Below the pieces are notes generated by a model. The model was not told the DNA's origin. It saw only the letters and a program-made list of their open reading frames with translations, and ran no database searches. The translations under genes and the position numbers were made by a program. From Candidatus Binatota bacterium (lineage in GTDB: Bacteria > Desulfobacterota > Binatia > UBA1149), in the NCBI GenBank assembly GCA_012960245.1, contig DUBO01000056.1:40859-104858 (forward strand): 64,000 bases of DNA, given 5' to 3'. Shown here in pieces: positions 29,268 to 38,526 of this stretch (the first letter of the stretch is position 1; each line of letters begins with the position of its first letter).

Positions 29268-30575
29268 GTGAATATCAATACCAACAGCGTGGCCGTGGTT
29301 GGCCTGCAGTGGGGCGACGAGGGTAAGGGCAAGATCGTTGACCTGCTGGCCGAGGCCGCCGACGTGGTGGTTCGCTTCCAGGGCGGCAACAACGCCGGCC
29401 ACACCCTGGTGGTTGATGGTGAGCAGACCGTGCTGCACCTGGTGCCGTCGGGTGCCCTGCACGCCGACACCACCTGTGTCATAGGCGGCGGCGTGGTGGT
29501 GGACCCCGGCGTGCTCGCCTCCGAGCTCGCGAGCCTTCGCGCCCGCGGCTACCTGGTCGAGCCGGGCAGCCTCATGCTGAGCCAGGAAGCGCACCTGATA
29601 TTGCCCTACCACAAGGCCATCGACCAGGCCCGCGAGCGCAAGCGCGGCAAGGGTAAGATAGGCACCACCGGCCGCGGCATAGGCCCGGCCTACGAGGACA
29701 AGGTCGCGCGCATCGGAATAAGGGCCGGCGACCTGCTCGACCGCGACGGCTTCGTGTCGCGTCTTAGAGAAAACCTGGCTGAGAAGAACGCCTATCTCGA
29801 GGCCATGCTTGGCGAAGGTGCACTGGATTTTGACTCGGTGCTGGCCGAACTCGACGAGAGTACTGCCGGCTTGCTGGAACTGGTGGCCGACACTTCCAGC
29901 TGGCTCGACGAGGCCACGAGGTCGGGCAGCAAGGTGCTGTTCGAGGGCGCCCAGGCGCTCATGCTCGACGTTGACCACGGCACCTATCCCTTCGTGACGT
30001 CTTCTAATACCGGTACCGGGGCCATCGCCACCGGCGCGGGCATAGCACCGTCACTGGTGGGCCGCGTGCTGGGCATCACCAAGGCCTACACCACCAGGGT
30101 GGGGTCGGGGCCGTTTCCCACCGAGCTCGACAACGAGGTGGGAGAGCGCATGCGCGAGACCGGCGGCGAGTTCGGTGCCACCACGGGCAGGCCCCGCAGG
30201 TGCGGTTGGCTTGACGCCGTGCTGCTGGCCAAGGCGGTACGCATCAACGGCGTCGACGGTCTCACGGTGACCAAGCTCGACGTGCTCACCGGTATCGAAA
30301 CGCTCAACATCTGCACCGGCTACCGCGACCCGGCCGGCGAGCCCTGCGACGTGCCTTCGACGGTGGCGGCCCTCGAACTGGTAGAGCCCGTGTACGAGCA
30401 GATGCAGGGCTGGGACGAAGACCTAGGCGCTGCTCAAAGCCTCGACGATCTACCGCGCACGGCGCGGGCCTACCTGGCCAGGATCGAAGAGCTTACGGGC
30501 GTGCCCGTGGACGTGGTCTCGCTGGGCCAGGACCGATTGCGCACCCTGGTTCTCGAGCACCCCTTCGGCGTCTGA
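29268..30575 (+). CDS. purA: Adenylosuccinate synthetase
   Basis: 435 aa. GLQWGDEGKGKIVD P-loop, GTTGRGIGPAYEDK and GATTGRPRRCGW. Confidence 0.95.
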   Translation: MNINTNSVAVVGLQWGDEGKGKIVDLLAEAADVVVRFQGGNNAGHTLVVDGEQTVLHLVPSGALHADTTCVIGGGVVVDPGVLASELASLRARGYLVEPGSLMLSQEAHLILPYHKAIDQARERKRGKGKIGTTGRGIGPAYEDKVARIGIRAGDLLDRDGFVSRLRENLAEKNAYLEAMLGEGALDFDSVLAELDESTAGLLELVADTSSWLDEATRSGSKVLFEGAQALMLDVDHGTYPFVTSSNTGTGAIATGAGIAPSLVGRVLGITKAYTTRVGSGPFPTELDNEVGERMRETGGEFGATTGRPRRCGWLDAVLLAKAVRINGVDGLTVTKLDVLTGIETLNICTGYRDPAGEPCDVPSTVAALELVEPVYEQMQGWDEDLGAAQSLDDLPRTARAYLARIEELTGVPVDVVSLGQDRLRTLVLEHPFGV

Positions 30576-30582
30576 CGGCCGA

Positions 30583-32313
30583 TCAACGGGCAGCAGCGAC
30601 GCCGCCCTTGCGTGGGTCAGACGCAGCCAGCAATGTTCCGTCGTCGCGCCGCACGACCATCTGTACGGCCGCCGCGCGTTTACCCACCACCAGCTTGTGA
30701 CCGCGCCGGCGCAGGCTGTCGGCCAGGTGTTGCCCGGCGCCCTGTTCGAGCATGAGAAGGTCCGGCATCCACTGGTGGTGCAGGCGCGGGGCGCTTATGG
30801 CGTCGAGCGGACCCTTGGCGAACTCGGTTGCGTTGAGCAGAGCCTGCAGCGTGCCGCTGATGATGAGCGGACCACCCGAAGCGCCCACCGCCATTCGTGC
30901 CTTGCCGTCGGCCACCAGCAGGGTGGGCGACATGCTCGACAGCGGACGCTTGCCGCCGGCCACCGAGTTGGCCTCGCTGCCGACCAGGCCGTAGACGTTG
31001 GCGCGGCCGGGCCTGAGGCTGAAGTCGTCCATGGTGTTGTTGAGTGGGTAGCCGCGGCCGGGGACTCCCAGCATGGCGCCGAAGCCGGTGTTGACGCTGC
31101 TCGTGCAGGCCGCAGCGTTGCCCTGGGAGTCGATGACCGACACGTGCGAGGTGCCGGCATCGTCGCTGGTCACCGAGCCCCCCCAGGTCCGGGCGGGGAC
31201 GGGCGCTACCGCGCTCAGCCGTGAGCGCACCCAGTCGGCGTGCCTGGGTGACAGCAGCCTTGCCAAGGGAACATCAAAGTAAGCGGGGTCGCCGTACCAG
31301 CGGGCGCGGTCGGCGAAGGCCGCGCGCATGGCTTCGGCCAGCAGGTGGCTGTAACTGGCGCTGTTGTGTTCGAGCTGGGCCAGGCGGTAGGGGGCAAGCA
31401 CCGCCAGCACCTGGCCAATAAGTCCACCGCCGCTGCTGGGCGGGGGCATCCCCAGCACGGTCTGCCCACGCCAGGCGAACGCGACCGGCTCGCGTTCGAT
31501 CACCCGGTAGTCGCGCAGGTCTTCTTCGCTCATGATGCCGCCGTGCGCGCGCAGGGCTGCGAGCAGGTCACGGGCGATGGGGCCGCTGTAGAACGGCGAG
31601 GGGCCTTCATCGGCCAGCACGCGCAGTGTGCGCGCCAGCTTGGGCCGCCTCAGCGTCTCACCCTCGGCGAAGGGGCTGCCGTCGTCATGGAGAAACTCGG
31701 AGGCCAGGCTGGGGTTGGCCGCCAGTTCGTCGCGGTGGCGGGCGAGGGAGTCGGACAGGTGAGCTTCGAGCTTGAAGCCCTGCTCGGCAAGCCGTATGGC
31801 GGGGGCGGCCACCTCGGCCATGGAGAGGCTGCCGTAGTGTTGCAGAGCCCAGGCCATGCCAGCCGCTTCACCCGGTACGGCAACCGCCAGTCCGCCACGG
31901 CGGCTGGCGTCGTCGGCCAGGCCTTCGGACATAAAAGTGTCACGCCGGGCCGCTGACGGCGCGGTCTCGCGAAAATCGAGGGCGCGGGCGCCCCGCCCAT
32001 CGGCCAACCAAAGGAGCATGAAGCCGCCACCGCCCAGTCCCGCAGACGAGGGGTTGACCACGCCGGTGGCGAGCGTCGCGGCAACGGCGGCATCGATGGC
32101 GTTGCCGCCAAGGGCGAGTATTTCGAGCCCCGCTTCGGAGGCAAGGCGGTGCTCGGCGGCCACCGCACCCATCCGGCCGGACAACAGCTGGCCTGATAGC
32201 TGCCCGCCATCGGCCCCCAAGGCAGCTTCGACCAGGGGCCCAGCTGCGGCTGTCACAAGGACGAACAAGACGGCCGCCGCCGACGTCAAGTAAATGTTCG
32301 CGGTGCGCTTCAC
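30583..32313 (-). CDS. ggt: Gamma-glutamyltransferase
   Basis: ORF to 32400. I prefer GTG at 32313 (VKRTANIYLTSAAAVLFVLV signal anchor), which avoids overlap with the divergent argA-like start. Autoprocessing site DDAGTSHVSV, and GASGGPLIISG. Confidence 0.9.
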   Translation of the reverse strand: MKRTANIYLTSAAAVLFVLVTAAAGPLVEAALGADGGQLSGQLLSGRMGAVAAEHRLASEAGLEILALGGNAIDAAVAATLATGVVNPSSAGLGGGGFMLLWLADGRGARALDFRETAPSAARRDTFMSEGLADDASRRGGLAVAVPGEAAGMAWALQHYGSLSMAEVAAPAIRLAEQGFKLEAHLSDSLARHRDELAANPSLASEFLHDDGSPFAEGETLRRPKLARTLRVLADEGPSPFYSGPIARDLLAALRAHGGIMSEEDLRDYRVIEREPVAFAWRGQTVLGMPPPSSGGGLIGQVLAVLAPYRLAQLEHNSASYSHLLAEAMRAAFADRARWYGDPAYFDVPLARLLSPRHADWVRSRLSAVAPVPARTWGGSVTSDDAGTSHVSVIDSQGNAAACTSSVNTGFGAMLGVPGRGYPLNNTMDDFSLRPGRANVYGLVGSEANSVAGGKRPLSSMSPTLLVADGKARMAVGASGGPLIISGTLQALLNATEFAKGPLDAISAPRLHHQWMPDLLMLEQGAGQHLADSLRRRGHKLVVGKRAAAVQMVVRRDDGTLLAASDPRKGGVAAAR

Positions 32314-32392
32314 GCTTGGGGTTGTAGAAGCGAGGGCGAGCGTATGCAAGAATCCCTCGTCTGCCGGGATGGGGGGCGCAGCGAGAGCCGAT

Positions 32393-33475
32393 ATGAGCAA
32401 GGCCGAAGAAAAGACAGCGAGCAGCGAGCTTCCGCCGCCCGGCGAGAAGCAGTTCTACCTGCAGGCCTTCCGCGGCAGGGCCATCCTTTTCCACCTGGCC
32501 GATCCGGGCCCACAAAAAGCCGTGCAGGCGGTGGTTGACCAGCTGGTCGCCAATCGCAGCATGGTGGTCGTGGTGTCGGATGCGGCTCGGTCGGCGGTCG
32601 GCCCGGGCAGTCGCGACCTCGCCGAGGGTAGCCCGGTGCTGGCGCGGCTGGCTGCGCGGCTGGTAGAGAGCCGGCTGGTCAGGGTGAAGCGGCCCCGGAC
32701 CGCTGCCGTGAAATCCCTGGCCTTCTCGCTGCAACTGGCCTCGCGGCTGGGTATAGGCAAGGTGGTGCTTGTCGACGGCAGGGGCGGGCTGGCTGTGACC
32801 GGGCAGGGGGCTGGCGGCTCCTTCGTCAGCGCGGCAGGTCTCAAGCGCCTGCTGGCGGGCGACCGGGATACAGGTGGCTGGAGTCACGCCGAACTCGGCT
32901 TGATGCTGGCTGCGTTGGGCGACGGTGTGGAGGCCATCAACCTGACTTCGGCCGAGGGCTGCGCTGCCGAGCTGTTCAGCTACCGGGGCAGCGGTACCCT
33001 GCTCAGCGCTCATACCTACTGCAGGCTCGGGCGCCTGGGCGTGGACGACTACACCGACGGTTTGCGCCTGCTCGCCAAGGGCGAGCGCGAGGGTTACCTG
33101 CTTGCTCGCAGTGAGCAGCAGCGCTACGAGCTGCTGCAGAGCGCTTACGGGGCCTGGTTCGAGCACCACCGCCTGGCCGGGGTGGCCGCGCTCAGGACCG
33201 CGCCTTATCGTCGCAGCCGCCTGGCCGAGATCTCGGGTTTGTACACCATAAGTCGGTTCAAGGGCGGAGGGGTGGGTGCTCGCCTGCTCGCCCACCTGCT
33301 CGGCAGGGCGCGCGAGTTGAAGCTGCGCGCCGTCTTTGCCTGCACCGCGGATCGGGCCGCCGGCGAGTTCTTTGAGCGGCAGGGTTTCGTCGAGGTCGAG
33401 CGCGGGCGGGTGCCGGCTTCGAAGTGGAAGGGGCGCAAGGGTGATTTGCCTCGCGTGTACTGGAGGGACCTTTAA
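32393..33475 (+). CDS. ArgA-like protein: amino-acid-kinase-like domain fused to a C-terminal GNAT acetyltransferase
   Basis: ORF 32294..33475, ATG at 32393 (MSKAEEK). ELFSYRGSGTLL, then a GNAT-like ISRFKGGGVGARLL...FFERQGF and a KWKGRKGDLPRVYWRDL tail resembling N-acetylglutamate synthase. Confidence 0.65.
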   Translation: MSKAEEKTASSELPPPGEKQFYLQAFRGRAILFHLADPGPQKAVQAVVDQLVANRSMVVVVSDAARSAVGPGSRDLAEGSPVLARLAARLVESRLVRVKRPRTAAVKSLAFSLQLASRLGIGKVVLVDGRGGLAVTGQGAGGSFVSAAGLKRLLAGDRDTGGWSHAELGLMLAALGDGVEAINLTSAEGCAAELFSYRGSGTLLSAHTYCRLGRLGVDDYTDGLRLLAKGEREGYLLARSEQQRYELLQSAYGAWFEHHRLAGVAALRTAPYRRSRLAEISGLYTISRFKGGGVGARLLAHLLGRARELKLRAVFACTADRAAGEFFERQGFVEVERGRVPASKWKGRKGDLPRVYWRDL

Positions 33476-33491
33476 GGTCGGGAGGTGAACC

Positions 33492-33779
33492 GTGGCTATG
33501 TACTTGAGGACTTTCGGTGGCGTGCTGGTGGCGCTGGGCCTGGTGGCCAGCGTTTCGTGCTGGAGCGGCCTGCTCGGCGATGAGCCTTACTACAAGGCCC
33601 TGCGGGCGCTGGAGAAGTACCCGGGCAACGTTCTCTACACCACCGAGCTGCGCATGGCCGAGCCCAGGCACATGCTGTTGGGCGCGGGAACAGCGATGGG
33701 ACTGCCCATGGGGCTCGTTTTTGGCAGCCTGTGTCTCGGCCTGGCTGAACTGTTGGCCGGCCGCGGCCGCGCGGCGTAA
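33492..33779 (+). CDS. Small hypothetical membrane protein (two predicted hydrophobic helices)
   Basis: 95 aa. Coding-like GC3 codon pattern and hydrophobic segments GGVLVALGLVASVSCW and GLPMGLVFGSLCLGLAELL. No family recognised. Confidence 0.4.
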   Translation: MAMYLRTFGGVLVALGLVASVSCWSGLLGDEPYYKALRALEKYPGNVLYTTELRMAEPRHMLLGAGTAMGLPMGLVFGSLCLGLAELLAGRGRAA

Positions 33780-33804
33780 AAGGCTCGTGGCGGGATTTTT
33801 CCCT

Positions 33805-33874
33805 TGACGTACGCGCAAGTGACGAATTTCTAACGCTTTGTTGTTGGCACGCGAACAACACGCGCGTTGCGTCA
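33805..33874 (+). other. Nested palindromic element (12-bp outer stem with one bulge enclosing a 7-bp hairpin)
   Basis: The outer arms are TGACGTACGCGC (33805-33816) and GCGCGTTGCGTCA (33862-33874). The inner hairpin is TGTTGTT-GGCACGCG-AACAACA (33839-33860). Role unknown (terminator-like, operator or RNA element). Confidence 0.35.
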
Positions 33875-34178
33875 TGGAAAGTATCGAAAAAATCTCCCCC
33901 GACAGTTGAAATCAGTTGCCCGGATAGGCACCTTGGATGGAGCGGCATTTCCGGATGGCGTGTCGTTCTGCTTTGGATTTCCGATTATCGGGCTTCCAGG
34001 CAGAGAGGCAGGCTGGTCGGCAAGGCCAAGGGCGCGGCGGGTCATATTGATCTGTCGGGCCTTCTTCGGTGGTTCTCCCCAGGGGGCACTGGCCGGGGGG
34101 AGTCATGAGAAGGTACTGGTAGTCGGAAACTAGAAAACGGGGTGTAGGGATTTAATCCCTTTTAAGGAGGACATAGGA

Positions 34179-35180
34179 ATGAGAAAATTCATAACAATAA
34201 TAACGGTCGGGGTATTCCTGGCTGCAACGGGTAGCGTCGCGCTGGCGGACGGACCTGACGTGAGCATCGGGGCTTCGGCTTCGTACGTGTTTGACGTCAA
34301 CGATCCGGACTCAGGTGGCAACGGCTTCCTGTACGCCAACCAGTCTGACAGCGGTAACGAGTCGTTTAACATCGACCTCGTGCAGCTCGGCGTGGCAGGC
34401 GGTAACGGCGACGTGAGCTACGGCGCCAAGCTCAACATGGGTGATCTTTCCAGCTCGTCGGATGACGGCGTGGAAGTGATGACCGCGAATGTAACCTACG
34501 ACGCTGGCAGCGCATCAGTAACGGCTGGTCGTATCGATACGCCCATAGGTTACGAAGTGCTTGAGCCCTGGGGCAACGCGCATGCCAGCCGTTCGATTGC
34601 ATGGGGCCTGCAGCCCATCAACCACGACGGTGTGACCGTGAGCAGCAGCACGTCCGGATTGGACATCATGCTGGGCGTGGTCAATGGCGTTGGGCCGGGC
34701 AACGACAGCGACGACGAGAAGGGCCTGATCGGCTCGGTCGGCGGTGCTGCCGGTAACGTTGATTTCAGCCTCTCGGGACTCTTTTCCGAGGAAAGCGACG
34801 TTGTCGATGTGACCATCCTGAACCTGATCCTGTCCAGCGAGCTGGCGGGCATGGATGTCGCGTTGGAAGCCAACCTGACGGAAATGGATCCCGATTCCGG
34901 CACCGACGTGGAAGTGAACAGCGTAGCTCTTTATGCTGGCACCGACCTGGGCAACACCAGCCTTGATGCGCGCCTTGAGTTCGTAGACGCGGACTGTGGC
35001 ATTGGTTGTGACGATGAGCTCTGGGGCCTTACTGTAACTGCTGGCTGGGAGCTGGCCGACGGCGTTGGTTTCCGTCTTGAGTACAGGCACGATTCCTCGG
35101 ATAGCGATATCTACGCTGATGGAGCTGGCTCGGAAGATAGTGTTGACGTCATCCAGGCGCAGTTGGTGCTGACCAACTAG
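34179..35180 (+). CDS. Outer-membrane beta-barrel porin, BBP2/OmpL-like
   Basis: 333 aa. Signal peptide MRKFITIITVGVFLAATGSVALA, alternating beta-strand pattern, FNIDLVQLGV and AGRIDTPIGYEVLEPWGN resembling the BBP2 family. AAGGAGG RBS. Visibly lower GC than its neighbours. Confidence 0.7.
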   Translation: MRKFITIITVGVFLAATGSVALADGPDVSIGASASYVFDVNDPDSGGNGFLYANQSDSGNESFNIDLVQLGVAGGNGDVSYGAKLNMGDLSSSSDDGVEVMTANVTYDAGSASVTAGRIDTPIGYEVLEPWGNAHASRSIAWGLQPINHDGVTVSSSTSGLDIMLGVVNGVGPGNDSDDEKGLIGSVGGAAGNVDFSLSGLFSEESDVVDVTILNLILSSELAGMDVALEANLTEMDPDSGTDVEVNSVALYAGTDLGNTSLDARLEFVDADCGIGCDDELWGLTVTAGWELADGVGFRLEYRHDSSDSDIYADGAGSEDSVDVIQAQLVLTN

Positions 35181-35235
35181 AACGAAGTATTGAGAGGCGG
35201 TGGGTCGCATGACGGCCCACCGCCCAGGCTTCACA

Positions 35236-35269
35236 GGGGCCCCCGGACACCACCGGGGGCCCTTTTTTT
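35236..35269 (+). terminator. Rho-independent terminator of the porin gene
   Basis: GGGCCCCCGG-ACACCA-CCGGGGGCCC followed by TTTTTTT, preceded by a second imperfect hairpin at about 35199-35225. Confidence 0.8.
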
Positions 35270-35365
35270 ATGGCTGCAGCCAGCAGCCTGCAGCCTGCCA
35301 AGGCCCGGGGGGCAGTGTTGCACCGTGTTGCGTGCTGTTGCGCGCTACTGAGACAGCAGCTTCGA

Positions 35366-35647
35366 CTACTTTTCAAGCAGTATGGTGCTTGTCTCGCCGG
35401 CGGATCCTGGCGACGGCGTTTCCGGGCCCCTCACGTTCACCGCCAGCACCACGTGACCCTCTGCTTCGGCCGCCCGGGGGATGTCCAGTGGCGCCCTGGG
35501 GTCGTCTACCAGTAGTTCCAGAAGCTCACCGTTAGCCATGAGCGCGAGAGCCGCCTTGGCGCGGGCCCAGTTGAGCGGGCAGGCTACCCCCCGGAGGTCC
35601 AGGCGGCGAGCCGGTTCGCGCATTGCATTCTTGTCTATTTCGCTCAT
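35366..35647 (-). CDS. TusA/SirA-family sulfur-carrier protein
   Basis: 93 aa. LDLRGVACPLNWARAK (CPxP-type active-site Cys) and LLELLVDDPRAPLDIPRAAEAEGH. Confidence 0.7.
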   Translation of the reverse strand: MSEIDKNAMREPARRLDLRGVACPLNWARAKAALALMANGELLELLVDDPRAPLDIPRAAEAEGHVVLAVNVRGPETPSPGSAGETSTILLEK

Positions 35648-35912
35648 GTCATCTCAGCTGCCGGCCAGCAGTGCCCGGCCGCGTTGCACCAGATAACCGG
35701 GTGCTTTGGCGGCTACAAACTGCGATTGGAAGAGGACTAGACACAGCCTGTGCATTTTTTACCCCGATCGGGGGGGTTTTACCCTTGCCAATAGGACCCA
35801 AAACCATGTACAAACGTTAGGATTATGGCGGCGGAAGCTGACCGCCTGCCTTAGACTGGTTGAGGCGGCAGGTAATGGCCGAGCTGGGCTGTAACAGAGG
35901 AGAAAAATTCAG

Positions 35913-38369
35913 ATGACGATCAAGCACGGTGGTTTCTTAAGTGTAGCAATGGCTGGAATCCTGGCGCTCGCCCTGGTTGGTGACGCGCAGGCCTCCTACA
36001 ACAAGTTTGAGCAGAAATGCCGCTCGACCCTGGCAAAGAACGGCAGCAAGCTCGCCGCGACCGTGGCCAAGACCCTCGGCGGTTGCCACAAGAACCGCGT
36101 CAAGGGAAAGATCGCCCCTGCGGTCGACTGCAACGACATCTCGGAAGCCGATATCAAGGGTAAGGTTGCCAAGACCGAGTCCAAGCTGCGCGACGCGATT
36201 GGTGGCGCCAAGGATAAGTGTCCGCAGGCCGTGGTAGGAACACCCGGCGACCTCCACTTCTTCTCCTGCCCGGCTCCCTGCGACGTCACGGTTCCCGCGA
36301 TCGCTACATTCGCTGACGTGGCCGAGTGCCAGATCTGCCTGATCGAGACCTCGGTGCAGGCCATGAGCACTTCGGGCCAGGGCGCTCCCGGTGTCCCCTT
36401 GGGCAAGGACGAGGCCAAGTGCCACGGCACCATCGGCAAGACCCAGGGTAAGCACCTCGCGACCATTCTCAAGGAAAGGACCAAGTGCCAGTCAGGTGCG
36501 GAAAAGGGCGGCGCTGAAGATAACAGCAGCTGCATAGCCGCTGACCCCAAGGGTAAGATCGCCGGCGCTCGCAGCAAGGGCGAGTCCGGTTTTGACAAGA
36601 GTTGTACGGCGGCAGACCTCAGCACGGTGGGCTCTTGTGCCACCGACCTTGCCGGCTTGAAGACCTGCGTGTTCGACGACTCGGACACCCGCGGCAGCGA
36701 CCTTTTCGATGGGCTCACCGGGCTCGGTAGCCTGGTCGTGTGTGGCGACGGGGCCACGGGAGCCGGCGAAGATTGCGATGACGGAAACTCTGACAACACC
36801 GACGCCTGTCTCAACGACTGCACGGACGCGTCCTGCGGCGATGGCTATGTCCAGGATGGCGTAGACCAGTGCGACGACGGTGGCGTCGTTCCCGGCGACT
36901 GCTGCGACGCGAGCTGCCAGCTGGAGATAGGCAGCGGATGCCAGCACCCCGAGTGCCCGAATTCCGGATCAGCCACCCTGTGGGCCGGCACCGGCGGCGC
37001 GTGTGCCAGTGACCTCGATTGCCCGGCCGGCACCTGCAACCTGACCATCGGCCGTTGCCAGACCACAACCGAGCTTGACTCGGGTGCCAGTGGGATAGGT
37101 CACGACGCCGACGTTAACGATTTTGCGACCGGGCTTGGAACCTTACTTTGCGAGGGCCCTCCGGGCGTGGGCGGTTGCGGTGAATGCTCCTTGGAGGGTG
37201 TCGATCCGTCGGCAGGTAACTGCCGCTGCGAGAATGACCTGCGGGTTATTTGCGACGAGCCCTTTGCGGTCGACAACGACGACTGCGGTGGCGACACCTG
37301 CCAGTGCTTTCTCGGCGCGCCTTTTCCGCTGGCATCTGGCGGCATAGCGGTCTGCGTGGTAAGTCGACTCTCCCAGGATCTCATCGGCACTGCCAACGTC
37401 GACACGGGTGAATTCGAGACAGCGGCCGCCCTGCGCACGCAGGTGTTCCTGGGCCTCGATCTCTTCAACCCCTGTCCCACCTGTGACGGTGATGCCGTGT
37501 ACGACGACGGCGTCAGGGGCGGCATCTGCAGCTTCGGCCGCAACATGGGTGAGTCCTGTGACTCGACGGCCCTCAACCATACCTTCCCCAACGTGAGGCG
37601 CAGGTGCAGCGTTACGTCTGGTCCCTGCGAGGTGAACTCCGACTGTCCCAACGCTCCATCGGAGAATTGCGAGGCTTACACGCCGGCGTCTGTGGGCGGC
37701 GAGTACAGCCTCGACTGTATGCCGGCGGTGGGCAAGAACGTTTCGGGGCAGGGCCTGCCCATTGACCTGAGCCTGACCTCGGGTACGCGGACGCTTACCG
37801 CCACCAAGACCTGCCCGTTCCCCTTCGGGGCGTATAACTGCCACTGCCTGCAATGCAGCGCCGACACCACCGTGCCTTGCAGCAACGACGCTGAATGTGC
37901 CGCCGTGGGAGCGGGTATCTGCACCGTCACTGGCGCGGGCGTGATGAACGGTCCCGATCCATGCATTTCGTTCAGCACGGTCTGCACGGCGACAACTGGC
38001 AACGAGGCCGAGTGTCCGGGTGTTGTGGAGAGTACCTGCGACGGCTTTGTGCGGGCCAGTGGCGAGGGCTACCTCAGCTGCACTGTTAACGCTGATTGCC
38101 AGTTTGGTGCGTTGAGCGCGGGCAACTGCACGCTGGACAAGACGCGTGAGTGCTTCCTGCCCACCATACAGGCCGACGGTGTTGCCAACCCAGGCAACCC
38201 CCAGGCTGCCTCGGTGTTCTGCATCGCCCCGGTTTCGAGCGCGGGCGTCAACTCGGCCGTGGGCCTGCCGGGTGCGGGCCGGGTGGTACAGGAACTCACG
38301 ACGACCCTTTACTGCGCCAACAATCCGGCGGTAGAGTACACGCCGGGTGATCCGACCAGCTGCCAGTAG
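35913..38369 (+). CDS. Secreted cysteine-rich protein of unknown function, containing two myxo-type CGDG...CDDGN disulfide repeats
   Basis: 818 aa. Signal peptide ...LALVGDAQA, about 66 Cys by hand count, VCGDGATGAGEDCDDGNSDNTDACLNDC and SCGDGYVQDGVDQCDDGG repeats. GAGGAG RBS, and its own terminator downstream. Confidence 0.8.
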   Translation: MTIKHGGFLSVAMAGILALALVGDAQASYNKFEQKCRSTLAKNGSKLAATVAKTLGGCHKNRVKGKIAPAVDCNDISEADIKGKVAKTESKLRDAIGGAKDKCPQAVVGTPGDLHFFSCPAPCDVTVPAIATFADVAECQICLIETSVQAMSTSGQGAPGVPLGKDEAKCHGTIGKTQGKHLATILKERTKCQSGAEKGGAEDNSSCIAADPKGKIAGARSKGESGFDKSCTAADLSTVGSCATDLAGLKTCVFDDSDTRGSDLFDGLTGLGSLVVCGDGATGAGEDCDDGNSDNTDACLNDCTDASCGDGYVQDGVDQCDDGGVVPGDCCDASCQLEIGSGCQHPECPNSGSATLWAGTGGACASDLDCPAGTCNLTIGRCQTTTELDSGASGIGHDADVNDFATGLGTLLCEGPPGVGGCGECSLEGVDPSAGNCRCENDLRVICDEPFAVDNDDCGGDTCQCFLGAPFPLASGGIAVCVVSRLSQDLIGTANVDTGEFETAAALRTQVFLGLDLFNPCPTCDGDAVYDDGVRGGICSFGRNMGESCDSTALNHTFPNVRRRCSVTSGPCEVNSDCPNAPSENCEAYTPASVGGEYSLDCMPAVGKNVSGQGLPIDLSLTSGTRTLTATKTCPFPFGAYNCHCLQCSADTTVPCSNDAECAAVGAGICTVTGAGVMNGPDPCISFSTVCTATTGNEAECPGVVESTCDGFVRASGEGYLSCTVNADCQFGALSAGNCTLDKTRECFLPTIQADGVANPGNPQAASVFCIAPVSSAGVNSAVGLPGAGRVVQELTTTLYCANNPAVEYTPGDPTSCQ

Positions 38370-38408
38370 CGACAGGCCTTGTCGGGCAGTTGTGCCCGAC
38401 ATTAACAG

Positions 38409-38442
38409 CCCCGTCCCGGTTAACGCCGGGGCGGGGTTTTTT
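38409..38442 (+). terminator. Rho-independent terminator of the cysteine-rich protein gene
   Basis: CCCCGTCCCGG-TTAACG-CCGGGGCGGGG (11 bp including one G-U pair) followed by TTTTTT. An additional hairpin GTCGGGCA-GTTG-TGCCCGAC lies at about 38381-38400. Confidence 0.85.
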
Positions 38443-38526
38443 GTGCCGGCAGCCGGGCTGCGGCCCACTGGTCTACCACAGCGCGTTTTACGGCGCTTGA
38501 CCGACCGGTGGCAAGCGGCCTAGGCT

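Noticed and set aside
33845-33870. Possible sigma-54 promoter (TGGCAC ... TTGC)
   Set aside because: The TTGC lies 16 nt after TGGCAC rather than the required 5 nt. The TGGCAC is more simply the loop of the inner hairpin.
34087-34130. Cobalamin riboswitch upstream of the porin
   Set aside because: Only the CACUGG...GGGAGUCAU-like piece and a partial AGUCGGAAAC resemble the consensus as I remember it. The GGUG..AA.UCC / CCCGC.ACUGU core and the ACCUGCC part of the B12 box are missing. I kept the region as an unassigned leader in the findings.
33867-34133. 88-aa ORF inside the porin leader
   Set aside because: No RBS, no coding-type codon bias and no recognisable motif. The region looks like structured non-coding DNA.
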